A DNA stretch of 64,000 nucleotides, taken from NCBI GenBank assembly GCA_030141605.1, contig JAQGDQ010000378.1:124001-188000 (forward strand), read 5' to 3'. Positions 53,810-64,000 of this stretch are shown one piece after another. The stretch is from Tubiluchus corallicola. Its lineage: Eukaryota; Animalia; Priapulida. A program made the position numbers and the translations under genes. Below the pieces are notes generated by a model, which saw only the letters and a program-made list of their open reading frames with translations, made no database searches and was not told where the DNA came from. Positions within the stretch are counted from its first letter, which is position 1. Every line of letters begins with the position of its first letter.

Positions 53810-56800
53810 CTATAAAAGAAAAGAATAAAAAACTCAAACAATTAAATTGCATTAATAAGAAGAATAAAGAAACACAATTGTCAACCTGAATTGGTGTGAC
53901 AAGCATGCGTCAATGAGTGCGCAAAGGCACACATTACTCAAATGTGTTTGGGCACTGTTAACACAAACTGTTACCTAATAACTAATATCACTTTCATAGC
54001 TTGCAAATATTACAGTGTATAAAAATACACACTATATGCAAAAAATATACTATATAGTAGTGTTGCTCCGGATACACTTTTTTTGCTGGGTAGCGAATAC
54101 CGGATATCATCAAATATTTCCTCACGTTGACTTCGGTTAGCTAAATTCGGATGGTAAATGCGGATCGGTTCGGATAATGAAAAAATAGTAAATTGTTTGC
54201 AAACTTTAGCTTTTTCATTTAGTCTGTCAAAAAAAGACTATCATCTTAAAGGACATACCCCGAAGACACACCGTGTTATCACACACAAACGAAAAAAGAT
54301 GTGTGTAGAATTTTCGTCTTGAAAACACAAACATAGGCAATATTTTTAGTTATTTTCGGCTGTTATTCGAAAACGGTTTTCAATTGCACATTACAAAAAC
54401 CAGATAGCGAATATTTTCTAATGTCAAATTTTTATAACTACCGGATAATATCGGATACGAATACTTATAGAATTTCGAGAAATATCACCATTTTCGGATA
54501 CGAATCGGATATCCAGATCAACACTACTACATAGCAAGCGATGTTAGAGTGCATGACATTTTTCAAAACGTTCAACACGAACGGTAGCACAAATATAGGT
54601 GGATTAAATACCGCCTTTATTTACAGTAAAAAATACTACAAAACCACTTCAACTTGCGCTTAGTTACCGTATAAAACATTAACAAAAGCGTTGAAAAACT
54701 ATAATGAAATTAAACACAAGGTTTAGACATCGATTTGGTGCTGAACGGTGAAAAAACTGTAATATACCACCTATCACCAAAGATGTTTACTGCAAATGGC
54801 AAAAATTTGCAGATTTTCCGCTAAAAGCTTAAATTTTTAAAGAGTAGTGCACCGACAGAAAACACAAACACTCTTGGCAACAAACGACAAGCAAGAAACA
54901 TAAGTCATACGTATGAGAAAAGGCTTAAATTGCCATATTTTCACAACAAGCCTCAGTCACAATGACATACTAATGTACTAAACTGTGAAAGCTTTTTTGA
55001 GGAAGTTAACACATAAGCTGTTGCATACCAACTAAAAATATTACAATACATAAAAAATTACATGCTAAAACTACTAAGTTACTAAACTGCGAAAGCTTTT
55101 CCGAGGAAGTTTAAATTACCGCACCAATATACAGTTATTTTACAAGCAAAAGTGAATACTGCATACCTCTACCTCTGGTTCACCGATGAGTCTAGAGCCA
55201 GGTCTTGGTACAGGTGTTTTTATGTATTGAATATTTCCTAGGTCTTTGCTAACTTTGATGTCCCTAGAGTTGTAGTAACTGTCCGTAGCTTCGTCTACAA
55301 CCAGCAGTTTGGTTTCATCTGAAATGGCCTTGATCTTCTCTACAACCTAGGTAACAAAAAAATTATGGTTGTCACTGTCCAAAACTTCACGATGCCCTAG
55401 GTTGATAGATCTTTCCCGCCCATGTGTATTGTAAATTTATGATTGGTTATGTACAGATTAAACAATTACTTGTGGTGTATTAGTATTACCTAGTAATATA
55501 CTATTAACCTAGTTTCTATATGCTCATTCTTAATTACGTGCATATGAACTGCGCTTATATATAAGCAACAGATCTCAGTAACTGCCTGTGGTGTGTTATA
55601 CAATACTGGTTTTACATGGATATGAACGGATACACATTTTCCGAGGAGAATAAGAATTTTTTTTGAAATTGGGCAACTAAAACGTGGCGCCCCTCAAAAC
55701 TTTGGCGCCCTAGGCTACAGCCTAGTTAACCTATTGGCTAATACGCCACTGGTAACGGGAAGGTAAATTTGATGACTGTTTCTAGGTTTCATTTTGTTAC
55801 AAAATACTAACATTTAGTTTAAATATGCCATTTTGAATAAAAAAGTACCACTACAATACATACATGTAAGTGAATAAGAGTTTATCACTCCAGGTACTAA
55901 TATGAATTAGTGGTAAACGAAACAAAGCAGCATCATACAAAAACGAGAAAAAGTACAGAACGTTCTACCGTGCACCTGCGTCGGCTTAATAATAATTCTT
56001 TAAAGTTCAGAAGAGTATCATACGACATAAGAAAGCACAGGATTTTATCGGCTTACTGGCCAACTGGCATGGTACATGAATCAAGGTTGAACAAAGACCA
56101 ATGCAAAAAAGTTATTATATCTCCTTGTTTAAAAACTGTTATCTGATTTATACTGTCAAAGGCCAGACAGACTTGGCAGTTTCGGCATTACTGTGTTCCA
56201 TGGTCTTCCCTCATATGCTTGTATTATATGTGGACAGAATTCGTGTAAATTACACAAAACATTAAGGCCACATGAAAACGGTTAGAAATCTCTGCTAAAA
56301 ACAAGAATGTGGAATGGCCTACATTATGAGATTGAGCCATTACCTGTGAGTGTGTACAGTGCTCCACGTGGAATGGCCTACATTATGAGATTGAGTCATT
56401 ACCTGTGAGTATGTACAGTGCTCCACGTCGAATGGCCTACGTTATGAGATTGAGTCATTACCTGTGAGTGTGTACAGTGCTCCACGTGGAATGGCCTACA
56501 TTATGAGATTGAGCCATTACCTGTGAGTGTGTACAGTGCTCCACGTGGAATGGCCTACATTATGAGATTGAGCAATTACCTGTGAGTGTGTACAATGCTC
56601 CACGTTTTCTTTATTCACTTCAATGATGCGATCACCTCTCTTGAGCCCGGCAAAATCCGCAGGACTGTCGGCATCAATGTCTCCCATGAATTCTCCACGG
56701 CCGGCCTTGTCTGCCACCAAGCTGAAGCCAAAGCCCGGGAAATCCGGCCACTTGCAGACGTGGCAGTAGCGAGGCTGGGGTGCATCCGACGGGATGTTTG

Positions 56801-59800
56801 CTTCTCGTGGCGCTAATGTCTCCGGCGCACGATCCTAACAAGCAGCAAAGCAGTTTAATAACGGCAATGTTAGGATAAGACAAGCCAATTACCATGTCAG
56901 GCAACAATTGAAATTGAAAAAAGATAAAAAACAACATAGAACATTTTCAATATCAACGAATATCCATAGAAAACGCAGATTTTTCATTACCAACTTGATA
57001 ACGCACAGTTAAAAATGATTTTCTCTTACTGCACTGGAAAAACTATGAAAACCCATTAGTACCACGGCTATTTATTTTTTTCTGTTATTTGAGAAACTTA
57101 TTTAGTGTGCGACATGTAATGAATTCGCACATGTGCCAGATAACAACTTGTGCATGAAAGAGAAAAAATAATTCACTATGGTACCATAGGGCTTCCGTTG
57201 GAAACTATTGTGAATTTATATTCATGAATGTTAAATAACTTAAATACACACAAAAAATATAAAACTGAGCAACATTACAGCAAAGCAGATATGTACATAA
57301 ACTAATGATTATCAATGTAATACGTAAAAAATAATTTAGAAGTTATTAAACGTAATCCATTACCCAAACAAATTCAATTGCTGATAAAATGTGATTTAGT
57401 ACATAGTAACACAAAACTAGCTAACAGATAGTTGCGGTGACCTTGAACAGTTAAATACACCCTTATTTTAACTACACCACCAATTTTACATAGTATCTAG
57501 TAAAAAAGACAGAAAATTGTTACAATTGTTTATGTTCTACAATCCAGTTACACCCAAAACATTATAAATGAATACATGTAATCAGAAAAGACAAATGAAC
57601 ATATAAAAGAGGAAAACGCCATCGATATGAAGTAAAAGAAAAATGTCGCTGAAGAAAGAAATGAAATTTTCTTTTTGCTAATTTGATGTTCGCAGCTCTT
57701 CGGAGCAAATAACATTCATTGCAGCAAGTACAGCTCAGAACAGCAAGAAATGATAATGGCGTTTGAATGTATGGAAAATTGAAAGGCAAGCTTTCTCTAA
57801 AACGATTAGTCTGTAACAAGGCTAGCGTAAGAGATAATGGAAAACTCGCTAACTTAAATAAGAAATGTAAACATTTTACGATTGCTAATGCTTGCAGGCA
57901 TCACAATGGATACCGTTATGGACTAGCGACTTCAAGGACACAAATCCCTCGGGGCAAGAAATAATGCCAAATATCATCTTCAAATTTGTGCCAGGTATTT
58001 AGTTCAATACTGAAATCGTGGTACTGCTAAAAACATAAATGATATCATTACAGGATTAAAAAAAACCATGGTTTTTAATTTAGCAGTATACCTGTATTTT
58101 AAAAACACTTTACAGAAAGCATAGATGTAAAAAAAGCATTAGTGAATTGAAAGGTCTTCAGAAACTGTGCGAGATTGAAACAGAGTTGTTCATATCTCAA
58201 GTACATTGCAAGAGTTCAGCCAGCCAAAAATATGTAATACGAGAACTATTAAACAGGTTTTGCTGAGATTAATATAACACACACTAGACTAGAACCTGCC
58301 ATAGTTAGCATGTTAAGTTCTGAAAATTGTTAAGTTTTAAGAAAACTAATGAAAAATGTTAAGTTCTGCCAGATGAGACCTTCCAAACTTTGGCAGTCGA
58401 CAGAAGTCAATTAAAGCAGAAGCGGTTAACTTGTACAAGCCATAAGAGAGAGAGACATTTAAGAATCGCTGGGTGATATATAAGTTAGGTGATGGCCATA
58501 GCTACCTCAATTAGCTGTTCTTCATTATACTCATTGGCCGGTACGATAGCGGAAGCCGGTCGCAACAGCGGCGTCTCAAACACCTGTATGCCATGCAGTC
58601 TCGAAGTCAATGGAATCCTCTGACTTTTGTATGTCAGGTAAGTGTCTTCATCGGCAACAAGGAAAGTAACTGAGGTCGGACTTTGCTTTATGTACGTCTC
58701 GATTTCTTCGCAACTCCGTTTCTCGACATTAACCCCATTGACTTCAATGATAAAGTCGCCCTGGGCCAGACCACCGGCTTCCGCTGGACTGTAGGCGTCC
58801 ACTCTACCTATCATATCGATGCTTTGTGCCCTGTTGTACACCAGACAGAATCCGTACCCTTCAAAATCTGGCCACTTGTGGATCTTGCAAAGTCTAGGCA
58901 CGTTAACAGCCTCTTCTGCAGGCAGTATGTTAGTAACAGGAACCTTGCAAAAGCATATTGAAGATAAGAAGCAAATACTTACTGAGTTTTATTAATGCAT
59001 GCATTCCCAAGCAAAGTAACATGCCACATCCCTATGCAGCAGCCGGCAAGATATACCTTTCCCTGTATGACTATAACATTGGCCTATACAGGTCAGTTTG
59101 TAAGAAATTAATCCCTATATTCCCACGAATCTTGGCAGAGGTAATAATACAAACAAGTATACATACAGACATACTTGTTAGCCCAAGTGCATATTTACAG
59201 ACCATAAATACTGGAAGGAAGTGTAGCGTCATATAATATTATAATTTAGCAGTTCATTACACCTATGATATTCACACGGGATTGTTTGTCATGTTCACAA
59301 ACAAGCAAAAGGTCACTTCTGAATCATGCGGCCACACACCATCCCATTTTATTCCTGTGATTCTCTTTGGAAGGCAATTTATACATAGCTCAAAGTGGAA
59401 TATGACCCAAAATATCATGTAGTAAATGACATACGAAGTAGTGCGCTCATTGCTTTATTGTATTTATATGCATTTTATATATGATTACAAAACAATGTAG
59501 TAATTATTTATACACCTCGTATCTTACAAAATAGTACAGCAAGATTTGTATAATAAGGTAAATATGCATTTTATATATGAATATGCTATGAAGAAATTAT
59601 TTACACATCTTGTATCTTACAATATAGTACAGCATTATTTGTACAATAAGGTACTTTACAGCTACTATAAATATTATAGTGCATAACAATTATATACAAT
59701 ATATTTGGTAGCTTTCAACCGTTCAATTTCTATGTGTAACAACTGTGCGATATCCTTTCTATACTAAGATATTATACATAATATATATGGCTACGTTGAA

Positions 59801-62800
59801 AAAGTGTTTAACTAATATACTGTATTAAAACTGCTAGCGTGCGGCGGTAAAATGGACTTCTAAATTCAAAGATTTCTGAATGCTTATCAAATGTATCACA
59901 GTCCAGGAGCAATACAGAACACATGAAATCTACAATAGCAAACTTTACAACAACGTAGCAACATTCCAAAATTCACTATCTGCTTCTCAAAAACAGAACT
60001 AGAAAACAGTGACTGGGAGTGGGATACCATGTAGTTCCATGTGATCCACATTCTTTGATTGATTCTACATCAACTTTTAGCCATGTACGAAAAATGTGCG
60101 AGAAAATGTCAACCAAATATACAACCTTTAATCATGTAAGTCCACCAGGTCAGTTCTTTTGAATTTGTCTTATTAGCAACAAATGTCGATAAAAGCACGA
60201 AGACAAAAGACAAATGTAGACAAAAGGCTCTCCAAGACCAGTAAAAATGTGGTGCTGTAAATCATCGACCGGAAAAAACAGCAAACATGGCTGCAAATGC
60301 AGCAGCTAGCGACAGTTCAATCTCTCAAATAGCAGCCTTTTCAACAAGTTAATCAAAACTGAAAGTTATATCCCACAATGAGGCAATACTCTAGGAGCCG
60401 AGAAATATAGAAAGTTTAGCATTGTTCACGGTATTATTTGCAATGTATGACATTGGTTCTACATACCCAACGAAAATGTAAACTAACTTAATGACATAAT
60501 CATGACATCATGACTCAAGTCATCATCATCTGATCATCTTACAACCCCAAGAAAACATTGAAAAAAAGAGTGTGAATTAAATCTCGAGAGTACGATGATC
60601 TTAATGCATCCCATAACTGTTACACTTTCATACGAATCAACACAAAAATTAATCAACGGATATTAAATGGGAAGATATGAAAATAATACAGAAACATTCA
60701 AGAATGTACGAACGAACATTATGTTTGACGACATGTGACGCCAAGACATTAAAAAACGCCTTGTGTAATTAAACGCCTGCAAAACACCATAAAAATGTAA
60801 TTAAATAACAGCAAAACACCAGCTAAACATCTCAATCTCAGTATTTACCAACACCAACAACAGTTACAACACCCGTCACCGATGCTAGTCACAACACAAT
60901 GTAATGAACATAGCCAATGCCCATTTCTATAGACGGCACATATACTAGAACTGTCAGTAATCTAGGCAATATCTATGACTGGATCTATGAAGCTGAAACA
61001 GCCAATATAAACCTTGAACAGAACGAGGCCCCTACCACATAACATACCGGTGCCTCCAATAATTCCACATTTCTCAACTGAGAGGTTACTTTGATGTTAC
61101 GCGAAGAATAATATTCGTCTGCTTCGGCGTCAACCACCAGGAAAACCACCTCGCTTGCATTAGCTTTAATTGCTTTAACGATGTCGAGATGCGATTTCCC
61201 GTCAATGTTGTCGTCATTAACCTCCACAATGCGATCACCAACTCGCAGGCCTCCGGCGTAAGCGGGACTTTCACTTTCGACCTTTTCAATATATTCAGCT
61301 TGCTTGGTTTTATCGTACTTAAGATTAAATCCATAGCCTTCATAGTTGTGCCACATGCAGATGGTACACTTGCGTGGTTTTGGTGCACCTTCAGCAATTT
61401 CACTTATTACCGACACTACCTATATTATTGAAAGCCTTATGTCAGAAACAATGAAAAATATAGGAGGAATAATTAAAATAAACTGAAAAGAAAACTCATA
61501 TATAATAAATAAAAATTTAATAAATATAAATAAAAATAAAATAGAAAGCATGCATAAAGAAAAAATTCTCAATTTTTCACTAGAAGCAACTTAACATTGA
61601 GCAGCACTGCATCTAGAAATTGTTATAAGCTGCTATAAGCATAACTCAGCATTTATTTGTAACACGAGAGCGAAAAACAGGATTGTTCTGCAAGCTTACT
61701 CTACTAACACACACAGCTAGCAGCGCAGGAGGATTGCAATACCTTACGCTCCGGTTCAGCAGTACCGGGTCTCGGAACAACCGTTTCCAAGTTCTCCACA
61801 TTCTTTTGTTTAGAGGTGACAACAATGCCAGCAGCCGAGTAGTATGATTCTGCCTTCTCATCGACTACTAGCAAGGCAACCATTGCGTCATCAGTCCTGA
61901 TCAGCTTGATCACTTCCAGATGAGATAGACCGCTAATGTTCGTACCATTGACTTCTACAATTCGATCCTCGTCTAGAAGACCTGCGCTGTGAGCCGGACC
62001 ATCCTCCTGGATTTGGGTAACTGTCTCCTGGTCTCCGGATTCGTCGTACTCTAACGTGAAGCCATATCCATCATAATCTGCCCACTTGTGAATGGTGCAT
62101 AAACGAGGCTTTGGCGCATCCTCGGCAATTTCTTTTACTGCCTCTATTATCTGTCTCCGAAGAACAAATAATGCTAAAGTTGTGTTAGTAAAAAGCAAAG
62201 CATAAAATAAACAAAAGGATAAACAAACAAATAAATAAAGCAAAGGAAAAGAAAAACTTGCTTTCTATCAACAGCTTTGCAAACATGCATAACAAAAACT
62301 GATTTTTTTATTAAAGTGAACCAAAATTGTTAGTAGGCATGGATTATGCTTGCAAAAAACAGATTACTAAAGATACATGCTGCCCCCTGCATTACCTAGT
62401 CGCTTTGGAACTCCGCTTTAAACAGCTTTTAAAAATTTGCAACATTTAAGATGAAAACTGCAAATACCTGCTCCGCTACCCTGGCAGGTCTAGACTCTGG
62501 TGTTTCAATTCGTTTAATATTTGGCAAGTTGGTGGTAACTGTTATGCCTCTGGATGCATAGAACTCATCAGCTTCTGGGTCAACTACAAGGAAAGTAGCA
62601 CGACCAGCGACCGTCTTGATAACATCGATGACCTCCTTATGACCTTTATCTTCAATATTTTGTCCATTCACTTCAACCACGCGGTCATTTGTCCGCAGTC
62701 CACCCGTCTCTGCCGGACTGTCTGCTTCAATGTCACCGATAAACTCCTGCTCTTTGACTCTGTCATACTTCAAATTGAATCCGTAACCCTCGTAATCCGG

Positions 62801-63580
62801 CCACTTATGAATCGTGCATAATCGGATTTCTGGAGCATCATTCAAAACCTCTTCTACCCTTTCTGCTACCTGACCAACAAAATAATGTTGAGAAAATAAA
62901 CACGATTATTTGTTAGTATGCAGCTCATACTAGAAGCTTAATGTCGACATCAGATTAAAAGATTATTTGACATGATAAATGTCAATTAGTCATTGCGCTT
63001 GTCAAGAAACAGAGAATAGTTAATCACTACTAATCTTTTTACATTTGTACATCTGAAAATAACTTTGAAAAAGAAGTGAATCATTGAAAAGAAAATTCAT
63101 AACCATGCGAACGGCGAATGTGATTTTTTTTGTGGTTGTACTCTACAAGACATTAGTTACGAAAAGCTAGCGACACAGTGTCTACAAACGATGCAGCTCG
63201 GCAGCTACAATGCCTCCTACCTTTTCTTTTATAAGAGGCGTTTCCAGTTTCTCAATATTGTCCATACTAGAAGTTATTGCTACACCACGAGAGGTATAAT
63301 ATGCAACTGTTTTCAGGTCAGCAACCAAGAACACGACATGGTCAGTGTTAGATTTAATGATGCCAACTATATCACTATGCGATTTGTCTTCTACGTTTTG
63401 CCAATTGACCTCAATCACACGGTCACCACTTTGCAGGCCACCAGATTCGGCTGGACTGCCCGATTCTACACTTCTGATAAGTTCGAATTTCTTATCCTTG
63501 TCGTACTGAAGGTTAAAACCGTAACCTTCATAGTTTGGAAGTTTGCGAATTGTACACAGACGAGCAGATGGTGCAGGACC
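53594..63580 (-). CDS. NHERF/EBP50-family multi-PDZ scaffold (at least 6 PDZ domains plus ERM-binding-type C-terminal helix), 5'-partial, 876 aa in window
   Basis: Exons in transcription order: 63580-63221, 62869-62468, 62150-61743, 61419-61048, 58943-58506, 56834-56580, 55346-55167 and 53809-53594, all phase 0 and GT-AG. Each PDZ has (P)RLC...GYGF.L...SPA..GGL..GDR.VEVN...FLVVD. The C-terminus SAQQLRAQLTSKKRRDPRLNPNMDIKQKYEMLNKL* resembles the NHERF1 tail MDWSKKNELFSNL. Confidence 0.9.
54058..54526. mobile_element. hAT (Ac-like) MITE
   Basis: TIRs TAGTGTTGCTCCGGATA / TATCCAGATCAACACTA. TSD CTATATAG/CTACATAG (7/8). CGGATA subterminal repeats. Confidence 0.82.
55167..56834 (-). CDS. Last PDZ domain of NHERF-like gene, split over exons 56834-56580 and 55346-55167
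   Basis: PRYCHVCKWPDFPGFGFSL...EHCTHSQ | VVEKIKAISDETKLLVVDEATDSYY. Confidence 0.88.
55586..55751. mobile_element. Small hAT-like MITE
   Basis: Termini CTGTGGTGTGTTA / TAATACGCCACTG. Flanks GTAACTGC and GTAACGGG match 6/8. Confidence 0.5.
56309..56605. repeat. 59-bp tandem repeat x5 spanning an exon-intron junction
   Basis: Unit GTGGAATGGCCTACATTATGAGATTGAGCCATTACCTGTGAGTGTGTACAGTGCTCCAC in near-identical copies. Confidence 0.96.
58506..58943 (-). CDS. PDZ cassette exon 5 in window (146 codons)
   Basis: Acceptor TTTTGCAAG|GTT, donor GAG|GTAGCT. PRLCKIHKWPDFEGYGFCL. Confidence 0.85.
59464..59653. repeat. ~97-bp tandem duplication (2 diverged copies)
   Basis: ATATGCATTTTATATATGA...GTATCTTACAA.ATAGTACAGCA..ATTTGTA.AATAAGGTA occurs twice. 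Confidence 0.75.
61048..61419 (-). CDS. PDZ cassette exon 4 in window (124 codons)
   Basis: Acceptor ATAG|GTA, donor CCG|GTATGT. PRKCTICMWHNYEGYGFNL. Confidence 0.87.
61743..62150 (-). CDS. PDZ cassette exon 3 in window (136 codons)
   Basis: Acceptor ACAG|ATA, donor AAG|GTATTG. PRLCTIHKWADYDGYGFTL. Confidence 0.87.
62468..62869 (-). CDS. PDZ cassette exon 2 in window (134 codons)
   Basis: Acceptor TCAG|GTA, donor CAG|GTATTT. IRLCTIHKWPDYEGYGFNL. Confidence 0.87.
63221..63580 (-). CDS. PDZ cassette exon 1 in window (120 codons)
   Basis: Acceptor TTTAAG|GGT, donor AAG|GTAGGA. ARLCTIRKLPNYEGYGFNL. Confidence 0.87.
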
Positions 63581-64000
63581 CTTAAATGTACAAACGACAA
63601 AGAAATGCACAGTGTTAAAAGCACCGAAAGTTAACCCATCATAAATAATCTAATGCCATTGAAATGCAGTTATCAACAAATTTACTCACACAATCACCTA
63701 AAAATACAATCGTCTGTAAAGTAATAAGTTTAGCTGCTTCATTTAATTAAGCTTCATCCTAAAAAAGGTCTTCCAATAAACTAAAATAAACCGGTAACTA
63801 AAATATTCTGTATGTACAAGCAAACCGAAAACACCATTAACCTATAAAGAACTAATAATTAACATAGCTCACTATCGCAAATGTTATGCATGGTCGTTCT
63901 TGAAACGAAAATCAGATATCAGCAAAAATGTTGATAAGAGAGTTAACTGCAAACGATTTAATTACTAACACAAATAGCTTTACAGATGCCTGCAACACAC

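Noticed and set aside
53644-53841. His/Arg-rich 65-aa ORF
   Set aside because: Alternative frame of the NHERF terminal exon. The phase-0 frame gives the recognisable tail.
60849-60884. Possible 36-nt minus-strand exon in the long PDZ intron
   Set aside because: It contains a stop in phase 0 and is open only as phase 1-1, which is incompatible with the neighbouring exons.
43516-63582. Several AAG 3' splice sites (43517, 47148, 58944, 63581)
   Set aside because: Four of about 37 acceptors is too few to claim a lineage-specific bias.
63191-63634. 147-aa plus-strand ORF and other antisense ORFs over PDZ and ZNF exons
   Set aside because: Shadow ORFs of real coding exons on the opposite strand.

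Overview
AT-rich, intron-rich animal (invertebrate-like) nuclear DNA with GT-AG introns, not prokaryotic. I reconstructed four protein-coding genes by hand. (1) A FAM117/GLCCI1-family gene, + strand, 9 coding exons, 798-13775. (2) A single-coding-exon gene with 11 C2H2 zinc fingers, - strand, 18825-20411. (3) A complete TGFBRAP1/Vps3 gene, + strand, 22 coding exons, 25371-48425, about 892 aa. (4) The 3' part of a NHERF/EBP50-family scaffold, - strand, 53594 to beyond 63580, with an ERM-binding-type tail and at least six PDZ domains. Five of those PDZ domains are single symmetric phase-0 exons, four of them repeating every ~720 bp, and a 59-bp tandem repeat has copied one splice donor five times. 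Introns and intergenic DNA hold many pogo/Tigger-type (TA TSD) and hAT-type (8-bp TSD) MITEs, LINE fragments (CR1/L2, RTE), tRNA-derived SINEs, minisatellites, a ~165-bp fold-back and degenerate hammerhead-like motifs. All family assignments come from motif recognition by eye; no database search was run.
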